DNA of 64,000 nt from a virus. Position numbers and translations under genes: made by a program. Below the pieces are notes generated by a model. It did no database searches, was not told where the DNA came from, and saw nothing but the letters and a program-made list of their open reading frames with translations. The stretch spans positions 1 to 64,000 of the IMG/VR virus record IMGVR_UViG_3300021088_000008. One strand, written 5' to 3'. This document shows, one piece after another, positions 17,316 through 26,766 of this stretch. The first letter of the stretch is position 1. Each line of letters starts with the position of its first letter.

Positions 17316-18557
17316 ATGACCGACCCAGCAATCCACGATGAGGCCTCGCGCCAGGCGAGCGGGCCGGCCGACGCCATCCGAGACGCGCACGACAATCTCA
17401 AGGCGGGGATTGAGATCATGGGATGCGTTCATGACATCCCGCCCCAGATCCACAAAGCCATGCACGCGCTGAGCTATGCGGTGAAGGCGGCCGCCGCTCT
17501 GCCGACAGCTCCAGAACCCGGTTGGTTGCAGCCGGCGTTGGATTCTGCGGCTAAACGGGCCAATGCAATGCCGGATTGGATGGTTAGGCGAGATGCTGCT
17601 CCTCCCGCGGTGAAGATGTCGGCTGATGCGCCAACATTCCAGCGTCGCGCTCAGGATTGGATGATGGCTACGTTCTCCATGGAAGTCTGTCGCGACACCA
17701 TCGAGCGCAATCACCGCTTTCTTGAAGAGGCGCTTGAGCTCGTACAAGCTCTTGGATGCACCGCCAGTGAGGCACATCAGCTTGTCGATTACGTCTATGG
17801 CCGTGACCAGGGAGAGGTCAACCAGGAGATCGGCGGCGTCATGGTGACATTGGCCGCGCTGTGCTTGGCGAACGATCTTGATATGCATCAGGGGGGCGAA
17901 ACCGAATTGGCGCGCGTCTGGACCAAGATTGATCAGATCCGGGCGAAGCAGGCATCGAAACCAAAACATTCTCCGTTGCCTCAGACAGCCGACGCCAAGG
18001 CAGAGCCGCTGCGGAGCAATAACGTTTTGATGCGTGATATAGCGGACACATTCGAAAAGGTCCGTATCGTACTTCGTTGGACAGTGAAAAATGCGCGCAA
18101 GGTCGGCCCCATGTATAGTCACGCCAATACTGCGATGTGGGCGCTAACCGAAACCGAAAAGAAACTGATTTCCATTCTCGCCGCCCCTCCCGCCGTGGAC
18201 AGAGCCGCGCTCGCTCAGGCAATTCGCAAAGCACTCATTGAAAACTGGCGAGAAGACCTAGGGGCCAAGTGGGACGAGGATGTGCTGCTCACTGGCTGCC
18301 GAAAGGTTGGCGGCGGGCGCGGCTATCAAAACGCCGAGGAAGCAGCCCAAAATCTGGCATTGGATGCCGCTGATGCTGTCATCAAACTCCTGCCAACAGA
18401 CGTGGACAGAGTGGCGGTGATCGAGGCGGGAAAACAAGCGAAATTCAGAGGTAGCGAAGGAGGATGGTTCGGGGTTACACCAGACCATAATAATCCGGAT
18501 TCGTTCGAATATCGCACCATCTACGCCCTCGCCGATGCCAAGGGGGATGGGAAGTGA
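17316..18557 (+). CDS. mosaic protein with MazG-like nucleotide pyrophosphohydrolase domain
   Basis: GGAGG RBS; RFLEEALELVQ...QEIGGVMVTLAALC. Confidence 0.6.
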   Translation: MTDPAIHDEASRQASGPADAIRDAHDNLKAGIEIMGCVHDIPPQIHKAMHALSYAVKAAAALPTAPEPGWLQPALDSAAKRANAMPDWMVRRDAAPPAVKMSADAPTFQRRAQDWMMATFSMEVCRDTIERNHRFLEEALELVQALGCTASEAHQLVDYVYGRDQGEVNQEIGGVMVTLAALCLANDLDMHQGGETELARVWTKIDQIRAKQASKPKHSPLPQTADAKAEPLRSNNVLMRDIADTFEKVRIVLRWTVKNARKVGPMYSHANTAMWALTETEKKLISILAAPPAVDRAALAQAIRKALIENWREDLGAKWDEDVLLTGCRKVGGGRGYQNAEEAAQNLALDAADAVIKLLPTDVDRVAVIEAGKQAKFRGSEGGWFGVTPDHNNPDSFEYRTIYALADAKGDGK

Positions 18558-18754
18558 GCGAAGAACAGAAAGATGCAATCTACGCGGCATATCTCGGAAT
18601 ATGCGTTCTAAAAACCATGTTTCGCAGGGTCGGACTAACGTTAGGTCAGCAACGCTCTGCAGATTTGCTGACTGAACTGAGCGACACCTTCCCATGGCTC
18701 GCTGAGCGAGTGGCGCTTTCCGCACTTCGCTCTGCCGATGGAGACAAAAAGTGA
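18554..18754 (+). CDS. hypothetical protein
   Basis: GTGA overlap with upstream gene. Confidence 0.5.
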   Translation: MSEEQKDAIYAAYLGICVLKTMFRRVGLTLGQQRSADLLTELSDTFPWLAERVALSALRSADGDKK

Positions 18755-18830
18755 GACACTGGCCGCCAGAGCCGGCGGCGCTGGCTATCTGTTACGGGAG
18801 GGCATGGTGAAAATTGCAGGAGATTGGCCG

Positions 18831-19172
18831 ATGATCCTTCCCCGCCGCCAGTTTCTCGCTGGCTTGGCTACTACTCTGGCGGCTCCTGCGATCGTGCGGG
18901 CTGATTCGTTGATGAAGCTGCCAAGGCCTTCATTGATACGGATGGGCCAAATATCGGCCACCATCCGCACGAAGATGATCCCACCTCAAATGACCGCCAA
19001 AGAAGCTCACGAATGGCTTCACAATGCCCTTCAGCATGCGCTTTTTGAGGCCATGCAGACCAAGGGGCCGATTCGTCACTCCAATTCCGGGTGGGATATT
19101 CTTCAGGCCGCGGCAGAATCTGCAATGAGCGGCCTGCCTCCAACCTACAATGTAGAGGTCACCGTCAGGTGA
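18831..19172 (+). CDS. hypothetical protein with twin-arginine-like N-terminus
   Basis: AGGAG RBS; RRQFLAGLATTLAAPAIVRADSLM. Confidence 0.55.
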   Translation: MILPRRQFLAGLATTLAAPAIVRADSLMKLPRPSLIRMGQISATIRTKMIPPQMTAKEAHEWLHNALQHALFEAMQTKGPIRHSNSGWDILQAAAESAMSGLPPTYNVEVTVR

Positions 19173-20218
19173 GGGCAGCCAAGGGAAAAATACTGCGGCC
19201 CGTACATCCCAATGTCGGCGTGTCGGTTGAGTACCGCCGCCGCCTCGACGACCTGATTGCAGATATGCAGGCATCCTACGAATTCTGGCTGACCGCGGCC
19301 TACCGCGCGAATCAGCCCGAGATCGCCCAGGACAAGGCGCCCGACACCGGCGCGCCGGCGCGCGTGACCGCGGTACAGGCCGAGATCGGCTCGCGGAATG
19401 TGGTGTGGCTGGCCTACGTCGACGGGCGGCCGCTAATGGACCGCCGCGGCGCGCTGCGGACGTTCCGGAGCCGGGATGCGGCTGAGACCGGAGGGTTGCG
19501 CAGCAGCGGCCTGAACATGGTCCTGACCAAGCCGGTGCCGCTCGGTGGGCGCCTTGATCCGGTGTCGCTGGCGAACCTGCCGGTCGAGTTTACCCCCGCC
19601 CAGAACCTGCAGGAGACCATCGACAAGCTCGGCGCGCGATGGGAGGCGCGATTCGACGAGGCTGCGCCGAAGCTCGCCCGGTGGTTCGCGCAGACCGCCG
19701 GCAAGCGGTCCGATGACGGGCTCAAGAAGGTGCTGCGGGACGGCGGAATGTCGGTGCGGTTTGACATGACCCCGGTCATGCGGGATGTCATGCACGCGAC
19801 GGTCGCCGAAAATGTTTCTCTGATCAAGTCGATCGGATCGCAGTACCACTCAGAAATCACCGGGATGGTCATGCGCTCGGTCTCAACCGGACGCGATGTC
19901 GGCGGTCTGACCCGCGAACTCGAGCAGCGGTTTGGCGTCACGCGCCGGCGGGCCGCCTTGATTGCGCACCACCAAAACAACCTAGCAACGAGCAGCTTCG
20001 TTCGGGTCAGGCAGATTCAAGCGGGGCTGCAGGCTGTATGGCTGCATTCGCATGGTGGGAAGGAGCCCCGCCCTACGCATCTTGCCAACTCCGGCAAGAC
20101 CTATGACCCGGCCAAGGGCTGGTTCGATAGCGACCCCAAAGTTCGGAGGTTCATCTGGCCTGGCCAACTCATTAACTGCCGATGCGTGAGCCGCACGGTT
20201 GTTCCCCGTTTCTCATAG
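19169..20218 (+). CDS. MuF/SPP1 gp7-like minor head protein
   Basis: ENVSLIKSI, RRAALIA, WLHSHGGKEPRPTH, PGQLINCRC. Confidence 0.88.
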   Translation: MRAAKGKILRPVHPNVGVSVEYRRRLDDLIADMQASYEFWLTAAYRANQPEIAQDKAPDTGAPARVTAVQAEIGSRNVVWLAYVDGRPLMDRRGALRTFRSRDAAETGGLRSSGLNMVLTKPVPLGGRLDPVSLANLPVEFTPAQNLQETIDKLGARWEARFDEAAPKLARWFAQTAGKRSDDGLKKVLRDGGMSVRFDMTPVMRDVMHATVAENVSLIKSIGSQYHSEITGMVMRSVSTGRDVGGLTRELEQRFGVTRRRAALIAHHQNNLATSSFVRVRQIQAGLQAVWLHSHGGKEPRPTHLANSGKTYDPAKGWFDSDPKVRRFIWPGQLINCRCVSRTVVPRFS

Positions 20219-20229
20219 GAGGCTTTTCA

Positions 20230-20616
20230 ATGTTCAAGATGGCAGTAGCAGTTGCGGCGACCATGTGGGTGTGCCTGTCTATCTTCCTCGTAGAGGCGTA
20301 TGTTCATCGCGCTCAGGCCCGCGATGACGGCCGCTACGCCGGATCACCGCTTAAGCCATGGTTCGACCACCTCTCAAGCGGCAAGGGGCTCTGCTGCAGC
20401 GATGCAGACGGTACCGCGCTTTCCGATGTCGACTGGGATTCCAGGGACGGGAAATATCGCGTACGCATTGATGGCGATTGGTACGACGTTCCGCCCGATG
20501 CGGTAATCACCGAGCCCAACCGCGCCGGTCGGACGATGGTGTGGCCATTTCCGATGTGGGATGGCACCAAGCACGGGTATGGAATCAGATGCTTCATGCC
20601 AGGGAGCATGACATGA
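20230..20616 (+). CDS. putative exported Cys-containing protein
   Basis: Hydrophobic N-terminus; CCSDAD...IRCFMPG; AGGAGG RBS. Confidence 0.65.
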   Translation: MFKMAVAVAATMWVCLSIFLVEAYVHRAQARDDGRYAGSPLKPWFDHLSSGKGLCCSDADGTALSDVDWDSRDGKYRVRIDGDWYDVPPDAVITEPNRAGRTMVWPFPMWDGTKHGYGIRCFMPGSMT

Positions 20617-20849
20617 GCGACGACCGATATCCCAAAGCCCGAGAAGAACTCGAGGTCGAGAACCGCGAACTCCGCGCGGCCGTGGCGCGCCTTCAGGCCT
20701 CGGTCGGATCGCTGCAGGCGACGATCATCGCCAGAGAGACTGAGATCGGCAACCTGCGGCATCCGAAGCCGGCCCCGCGCGTGCTGGACAAGAACGCGAA
20801 GGACAGGTTCGATCGGCCGGCGTATTCGGCACGGAGGTACCCGCTATGA
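20613..20849 (+). CDS. coiled-coil hypothetical protein
   Basis: ATGA overlap; heptad pattern. Confidence 0.5.
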   Translation: MSDDRYPKAREELEVENRELRAAVARLQASVGSLQATIIARETEIGNLRHPKPAPRVLDKNAKDRFDRPAYSARRYPL

Positions 20850-21166
20850 GCGACGCGAAGGTGCGATTTGAGACGCTGGAATACGAGGCCGCCACGGTTG
20901 GCCAGGAGCAGACTTTCGGATTCAACTGTCCGATCCACGACCGGCGCTGCGAGGGGCTCGTGATCGCCGGAAAGACAACGCTTCCGCGCGATCCGCAGGG
21001 CCAGAACGGAGGTATCGCGCAATGGGATTGGGATGGCCAGCGCGAGCACCCAACGTTCACTCCGTCCGTCAATTGCGGCAAATGCTGGCACGGCTACATC
21101 CGCGCCGGGCGCACGGTCGATTGCCAGGGCCACGATGAGCCAGATATTCCGAGGACCAGCACATGA
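20846..21166 (+). CDS. hypothetical protein (DUF6527-like)
   Basis: WDWDGQREHPTFTPSVNC..CWHGYIRAG. Confidence 0.6.
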   Translation: MSDAKVRFETLEYEAATVGQEQTFGFNCPIHDRRCEGLVIAGKTTLPRDPQGQNGGIAQWDWDGQREHPTFTPSVNCGKCWHGYIRAGRTVDCQGHDEPDIPRTST

Positions 21167-21405
21167 CCGCCCCGGCTAGATGCGCTATCCAGGTTTCCAA
21201 GATGGATGTCGGATTCTTCTGGTGTCGCGTCGCGACGATCCCGGGTGTCAGCGAGGCCGAAGCTGAAGCTTTCCAATCTCGGACCCTGGTCGGAGAGCGG
21301 CTGCTCGAGGTCGAGCGCTTGGTGATCGAGGCGCGCGAGGCCCTGTTTCAGGCCACGGTCCCAGGCGCTCAGGACTGGATGCCGACGAAGCGATCGATGA
21401 ACTGA
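21163..21405 (+). CDS. hypothetical protein
   Basis: GAGGA RBS, ATGA overlap. Confidence 0.45.
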   Translation: MTAPARCAIQVSKMDVGFFWCRVATIPGVSEAEAEAFQSRTLVGERLLEVERLVIEAREALFQATVPGAQDWMPTKRSMN

Positions 21406-21458
21406 CGGGAACTTTTGTTCCTGCGGCGAATTGGCTCAGTTCACCGGAGGACTACGCT

Positions 21459-21710
21459 ATGTCCTGCTTTTCTCTCGATTTTATGGAGCGTGTGTGCATC
21501 CTGGTCGTCATCTGCATGGGCTTGTGGGCGATCATCAAGCTGTTCCTGCCTTTCCTGATGGCGCACTTGCCGCCACTCGTCGTTCAGATCATCAACATCG
21601 TCATTTGGGTCGTGATCGCGATCATCTGCATCGTCATCATCTTCGCGCTGCTGTCATGCCTCGTCGGCGCCATGGGAGGGCTGGGCGGATTGAGCCATCC
21701 CTTTCGCTGA
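21459..21710 (+). CDS. small membrane protein (2 TM)
   Basis: GGAGG RBS; two long hydrophobic segments. Confidence 0.7.
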   Translation: MSCFSLDFMERVCILVVICMGLWAIIKLFLPFLMAHLPPLVVQIINIVIWVVIAIICIVIIFALLSCLVGAMGGLGGLSHPFR

Positions 21711-21863
21711 GAACGGCCAGGAGTGCATCGATACCCAAAGCGACGCGCCAGATTGCATTCCGCCGATCCCGAAGGGACCGAGGTCGATTTGTCGTGGATG
21801 TTGATTGCGGTATACCGCCGAAGGCGTAGGCTGCGCTCGGTGATTGGACTGCCAGAGCTCCTT

Positions 21864-21892
21864 GGCCCCGGTTTTGAACCCGGGGCCTTTTT
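21864..21892 (+). terminator. rho-independent terminator
   Basis: GGCCCCGG-TTTTGAAC-CCGGGGCC-TTTTT. Confidence 0.75.
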
Positions 21893-21913
21893 CTTGCGTG
21901 GAACCTCGCCGCC

Positions 21914-23185
21914 GTGATAGAGGCGATGATGCTCTCACTCGCCCCGAACGCTGCCATCCCCGCCGGCCTCCGCCGCAAGACCGCCTTTGATGCATCGGGG
22001 ATCACCAAACATGCAGCTGGGGTGCTGTTTGTTGCGCCGGATGGCGATATCCTGCTGCTGCGCCGCACCGGGACGCCAGGCCAGGACAACTTCGTCGGGC
22101 ATTGGTCCCTGCCGGGCGGCGGCGTCGAGGAGGGCGAGACACCCGAGATCGGCGCAGCGCGCGAGGCCAAGGAAGAGATGGGCGTCGACACCGACCCCAA
22201 GAGCTTCAAGGTCCTCGACCAGAAGGTCACCCCAACCGGGATGGCGTTCCACACTTTCGCCCAGCCGGTCGAGAAGAAATTCTGGCCGCAACTGAACGAC
22301 GAGCACAACGGCGCCGGCTGGTTTCCGCTGAGCGAGTTGCCGAGGCCGATCCACCCCGCGGTCGAGGCGATGCTCAAGAGCAAGCTCGGCGATGACCTGG
22401 GCGGCGCGCGCGACGGGCTGGTTGCATGGTCGAAACTTGCCGATGAAGAGGCCGAACGCGGCCGTGCGGCAGACGCTTGCCCGACCTGCGGCGGGACTGG
22501 TGAGCTCGCAGGCCCTGGCTGCAAGTGCGAGGACTGCGGCGGGACCGGAAAGAAACTCGGAGCGACTGATTCGGTCTTCCTGATCGCCATGGACCGGGAC
22601 AGCGTCCGATCCTTCGACCGTGATGGCCGCATGCGGGTTGCCATTGCCAATCTGAGCAAAGAGCAGATCAGGCCCTATGTCGGTCGAGAAATTCCCGGCT
22701 GGGATGACGCAACCCAGACCCACAAGTTGGGATTGGATCCGGACAAAATCTACAATCTCTATTGTCCTGGTGAGGAATTGGAAAAAGCGGCAGAAACCTT
22801 CAATGGGATTCAGCTTCTCAAGAAGCACACGCCGGTGAATGCAGAGGATCATAAAAAAAACGACATCATTGGGACGACCGGAACGAATGCGAAATTCAAT
22901 TCTCCGTTCTTGCAAAATAGCTTGGTTGTTTGGACGCAAGAAGGAATCGACCTCATCGAATCCGAGGAGATGAAGGAATTGAGTTGCGGGTATTTTTATG
23001 TACCGTTGATGAACCCTGGTGTTTTCAAGGGAGAGCCTTTCGACGGAATCATGACGCAACTATCCGGCAACCATTTAACGATTGTCGGCGATGGTCGAGC
23101 TGGATCGGAATGTCAGGTAGAGGATTCTGCCGTAGAATTGCAGTGGGCCGCGATCGAGCGGGCAATGATGGACATGACGACATGA
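21914..23185 (+). CDS. NUDIX hydrolase + Zn finger + DUF2213 head maturation protease-like fusion
   Basis: Nudix box GGGVEEGETPEIGAAREAKEEMG; CPTCGGTG/CEDCGGTG; DUF2213 motifs PYVGREIP, ELSCGY, GNHLTIVGDGRAG. Confidence 0.85.
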   Translation: MIEAMMLSLAPNAAIPAGLRRKTAFDASGITKHAAGVLFVAPDGDILLLRRTGTPGQDNFVGHWSLPGGGVEEGETPEIGAAREAKEEMGVDTDPKSFKVLDQKVTPTGMAFHTFAQPVEKKFWPQLNDEHNGAGWFPLSELPRPIHPAVEAMLKSKLGDDLGGARDGLVAWSKLADEEAERGRAADACPTCGGTGELAGPGCKCEDCGGTGKKLGATDSVFLIAMDRDSVRSFDRDGRMRVAIANLSKEQIRPYVGREIPGWDDATQTHKLGLDPDKIYNLYCPGEELEKAAETFNGIQLLKKHTPVNAEDHKKNDIIGTTGTNAKFNSPFLQNSLVVWTQEGIDLIESEEMKELSCGYFYVPLMNPGVFKGEPFDGIMTQLSGNHLTIVGDGRAGSECQVEDSAVELQWAAIERAMMDMTT

Positions 23186-23376
23186 TCGACGCCCGCGCCA
23201 TCCGAATTTCCCTCAATCTGACACAAGAACAATTCGCAAAGCGCTTCAGCCTGAATTTGGCTACGATACGCGAATGGGAGCAGCATCGTCGCGAGCCCAC
23301 GATGCATGCAAGAGTCCTTCTCGCCATCATCGCGTACGCTCCCGAAGTCGTCGATCAGGCGCTTCGAGGCGGCTAA
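23182..23376 (+). CDS. XRE HTH protein, HigA-like antitoxin family
   Basis: IRISLNLTQEQFAKRFSLNLATIREWEQHRREP...ARVLL. Confidence 0.8.
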   Translation: MIDARAIRISLNLTQEQFAKRFSLNLATIREWEQHRREPTMHARVLLAIIAYAPEVVDQALRGG

Positions 23377-23455
23377 TAATCTGACGCACTATCAGATTTT
23401 CCCAAAATAAGCGAAAGATTGCGGCATCAATCCCCGAATCCTCCGAGGGAGATGA

Positions 23456-24520
23456 GTGGGTAAGCTCGGTGACGAACTCCGGAAAAAGTACAAAACGCCC
23501 CGGGAAGCCCTGCGGGCGCTTGGCCTTGATGAAGCCCTACTCGACATCTCCCGCCTCGCTTATGATGGAGCAAATCCGATGAAGGCAACCAGGTTCGGCG
23601 CGGTCGCGCTCTCGATGACCGCGGCGCACGTCGCGCCGCTTCTGGCGATGGACCAGAAGGTGGTCCTGCCGAAGGATCTGTTCGCTCCCCTGACGACCAA
23701 GAACTTCAAGGCCGGCCGCGACAAGCTTCTGGCCGGCGTCCGTCTGGCGCTGGACGGCAAGCTGCGGAAAGGCCTCGCCCTCGACGGCAGCATGCAGAAC
23801 TTCGCCAAGGCGATCGACGCCTTCAACGAGAACATGAGCGGCGCCGGCGTCGACGAGGAGGCCCCGAAGCCCGAGGAGATGGAGAACGCGGCCACGGTCG
23901 GCCCGCTCGACGTCACGGAGCCCCGCAAGGAGCCCGGCGAGAAGGGCTTCGATGCCGAGCCGTTCAAGAACTTCCTCCGCGAAAAGGGCATGGGTGAGGA
24001 CGACATCATGAAGGCGTGCGACATGATGCCGAAGTCCGACATCACCGGCGACGCCGAGGAGACCCCGGAAGAAAAGGCCGCCCGGGAGAAGAAGGAAAAG
24101 GATGCCGCCGCAGCAAAGGACGCCGAGATGAAGGACATGGTCAGCAAGCCGGCGATGGATGCCGCCCTCAAGGCTCAGGCCAGCGAATTCCAGAAAGAGT
24201 TGACCAAGGTGCGCGACAACGAACGCGGCGTCCGCGCGGCAATCGCCGAGGTCCATCCCTGGGTCGGCGAGCTTCCGGCGACCATGGCGTTCGATACCGC
24301 CGCCGACGTCCACCGCCACGCGCTCGTGATGCGCGGCGTCGATGGCGCCAAGACGCTGCACGCCGATGCGCTGTTGCCGATCCTGAAGACGTTGCCGAAG
24401 AACGGCGCCCGGGCTCCCGAAAACAACGGCGGTGGCGAGCATATTGCCATGGATTCATCCGACCGCGCTGCGGTTGTCGCTCTGGCTCCCGATTTCGCCA
24501 ACATCTCGACCACGCTCTGA
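23456..24520 (+). CDS. capsid scaffold-like protein
   Basis: Charged and helical, between protease and decoration/capsid genes; AMD repeats; EVHPWVGEL. Confidence 0.7.
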   Translation: MGKLGDELRKKYKTPREALRALGLDEALLDISRLAYDGANPMKATRFGAVALSMTAAHVAPLLAMDQKVVLPKDLFAPLTTKNFKAGRDKLLAGVRLALDGKLRKGLALDGSMQNFAKAIDAFNENMSGAGVDEEAPKPEEMENAATVGPLDVTEPRKEPGEKGFDAEPFKNFLREKGMGEDDIMKACDMMPKSDITGDAEETPEEKAAREKKEKDAAAAKDAEMKDMVSKPAMDAALKAQASEFQKELTKVRDNERGVRAAIAEVHPWVGELPATMAFDTAADVHRHALVMRGVDGAKTLHADALLPILKTLPKNGARAPENNGGGEHIAMDSSDRAAVVALAPDFANISTTL

Positions 24521-24585
24521 CCGCGTAGCGAAACGGACTTTTTATTAATTCCGGGGTTCGCCCCCATCGACGAAGGAGTCAAATC

Positions 24586-25551
24586 ATGAGCGGAACGGGC
24601 GGCTGGCAGGTCCAAGTGGCCGTGCAACCTGCGGCATTTATTCCAGGCAATCGAACGAGTGTGAATCCGCTCTTCAGTTTCGATGCCGGCCCTGGCGGGC
24701 TGGTATCTGGAGCGTCGCTCTTCGTCGGCCGTTTCGCGTGGGTGACCCCGCCGCTGGATCCGAACGGTGGCCCGACCATCGCGAACAGCTTCGGCAACGG
24801 GCCTCCGAATGGCTTCCTGCTTGGCGTGCAGCAGGCACTGAACACGACGTTCCTCTCAAATGCCGGCTTGCAAGTCCAACCAGGCGCTCAGACGGCGCTG
24901 CAGATCGCCGGCGACTTCGCAGTTCAGAACGACGGTACTACCGAGGCTGAGTACGGCCAGAAAGCATTCGCATTCGTTGCTACCGGCAAGGTGGCGTTCG
25001 CACCGACCGGGACAGCCTTCGGTGGCGCCTCGGCGACGACCAGCACCATCGCTCCGGCCACGTTCTCGGTGACCGGTTCGATCTCCGGCAATATCATGAC
25101 GGTCACGAACGTCGGTTCTGGCACCGTCACACCTGGAGCTGCAATTTCCGGCACTTCGATACCGACCGCACCGGCTCCGCTGATCGTGGCCCAATTGACT
25201 GGAACTCCCGGAGGAGTGGGAACATATTCCCTTAACGTGGGTGAGATCACGGCCGCATCAGAGACGATTTCAGGCACCTATGGAATCCTGACCATCGGTA
25301 CCGCGACCGGAACATTCGCGGTGGGGGATGTGCTTACTGGCCCGACTGTCGTGGCTGGCACCACGATCACCGCCAATATCACGGGCACGGGCGGCACGGG
25401 CGGAACGATGGCCGTGAATCCGACCCAAACCGTCACATCGAATACGATTGTAGCCAGCCTCGCGGTCGAAACCGCCTTCTACGCGCGCTCGACTGGCCTG
25501 CCGCTCGAGCCCGTGAAGATCAGTTCGTTCAAGGACGCCGGCGGTAACTGA
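24586..25551 (+). CDS. head decoration/cement structural protein
   Basis: WQVQVAVQPA..PGN..S.NP, AGPGGLV..VGRFAW; directly before MCP. Confidence 0.7.
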   Translation: MSGTGGWQVQVAVQPAAFIPGNRTSVNPLFSFDAGPGGLVSGASLFVGRFAWVTPPLDPNGGPTIANSFGNGPPNGFLLGVQQALNTTFLSNAGLQVQPGAQTALQIAGDFAVQNDGTTEAEYGQKAFAFVATGKVAFAPTGTAFGGASATTSTIAPATFSVTGSISGNIMTVTNVGSGTVTPGAAISGTSIPTAPAPLIVAQLTGTPGGVGTYSLNVGEITAASETISGTYGILTIGTATGTFAVGDVLTGPTVVAGTTITANITGTGGTGGTMAVNPTQTVTSNTIVASLAVETAFYARSTGLPLEPVKISSFKDAGGN

Positions 25552-25616
25552 TAGGGTTGTCACTTTTTGACGTCTCGTTTGAGGCGGATTGAAACGGGAA
25601 AGCAGGAGCTTCATCG

Positions 25617-26729
25617 ATGGACCGGAACCAAGCAATCGCCGAGTTTAACAAGGTGAGGCACGTCCTTAACCACGAGGGCGGGGTTATTTTCGATGGCGCC
25701 CGAATGTTCATTCCCGATGAGTGGAAGAACACGGGGGACAAGTCGCTCAGACAAATGGCGTTCGATGCCGCCGGCACCTTGGGCACCGATCCGAATGCGG
25801 CGCTCCCCGCGATGCTCACCACCGGCATCAGCCCGGATGTGATCCGGTTCGTATTTGCCCCGCTGCAGATCGCCAAGATCCTCGGTGGTGAGCGCAAGGT
25901 CGGCGACTGGCTGATGGAAACCTACATCTTCCCGGTCATCGAGGAGAACGGCGAAGTTTCCAGCTACGACGATTATTCGAACAACGGCCGCACCGGCATC
26001 AACTTCAATTACCCGCAACTCCAGTCCTATCTGTTCCAGACCTTCGTCAACTACGGCGAGCGGGAGACCGAGCGCGCCGGCTTGATGCGGATCAACTACG
26101 TCGGCGAACTCACCAGCGCTGCGGCCGGATTGCTCAATCGATTCGGAAACCTCGGATATGCCTTCGGCCTGGCTGGCCTGCAGAACTACGGCTTGATCAA
26201 CAACCCGTACCTCTCGGCGTTTTTGACGCCCGCCATCAAGGCGTGGGGCGGGACATCATGGTTCAACGCCGGCTCGCCGGCCGCAACTGCCAACGAGGTC
26301 TACAACGACATCCTGGCGGTGGTCGAGCAGATCATCAATCAGACCAACAGTGCGGTTGAGATGGACTCGCCGATGACGCTGGCGCTATCGCCGCAGTCGC
26401 AACTTGCCCTGGAATTCGCGAACTCGTTCGGCGTCTTCGTCAAGGATCTCCTGAAGCGCGGCTTCCCGAACATGAAAATTGTCCCCGCGCCGCAGTACGG
26501 GCAGAAAACCACCAACAACACCCAGGGCGATTCCGCCATCGGGAACGTGTTTCAGATCATCGTCGATAACATCGATGGCGGCAAAGTCGCCTATCCAGCC
26601 TACAACGAGAAGCTCCGCGCACACAAACTGATCCCGCAGGCCTCAAGTTGGCTGCAGAAATACACGAGCGGGATCTTCGGAACGGTTTGCCGCATGCCAG
26701 TTGGCATCGCCGGCATGCTCGGAGTTTAG
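25617..26729 (+). CDS. major capsid protein (DUF2184-type)
   Basis: KVGDW, GEVSSYDDYSNNG, QSYLFQT..YGERE, GLQNYGLINNP, EKLRAH. Confidence 0.88.
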   Translation: MDRNQAIAEFNKVRHVLNHEGGVIFDGARMFIPDEWKNTGDKSLRQMAFDAAGTLGTDPNAALPAMLTTGISPDVIRFVFAPLQIAKILGGERKVGDWLMETYIFPVIEENGEVSSYDDYSNNGRTGINFNYPQLQSYLFQTFVNYGERETERAGLMRINYVGELTSAAAGLLNRFGNLGYAFGLAGLQNYGLINNPYLSAFLTPAIKAWGGTSWFNAGSPAATANEVYNDILAVVEQIINQTNSAVEMDSPMTLALSPQSQLALEFANSFGVFVKDLLKRGFPNMKIVPAPQYGQKTTNNTQGDSAIGNVFQIIVDNIDGGKVAYPAYNEKLRAHKLIPQASSWLQKYTSGIFGTVCRMPVGIAGMLGV

Positions 26730-26731
26730 CG

Positions 26732-26760
26732 TTGCAATAATGATTGGGGTGATGTAAGAC
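26732..26760 (+). promoter_or_regulatory. putative promoter of the free-standing HNH gene
   Basis: TTGCAA-N17-TAAGAC, ending 6 nt before ATG 26767 (leaderless). Confidence 0.4.
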
Positions 26761-26766
26761 ACCCGA

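Noticed and set aside
21935-23059. Long antisense ORFs (also 23537-24442, 28071-29129, 54018-54947, 17259-18122)
   Set aside because: Shadows of GC-rich sense genes with no recognisable motifs, unlike the intein-internal HNH.
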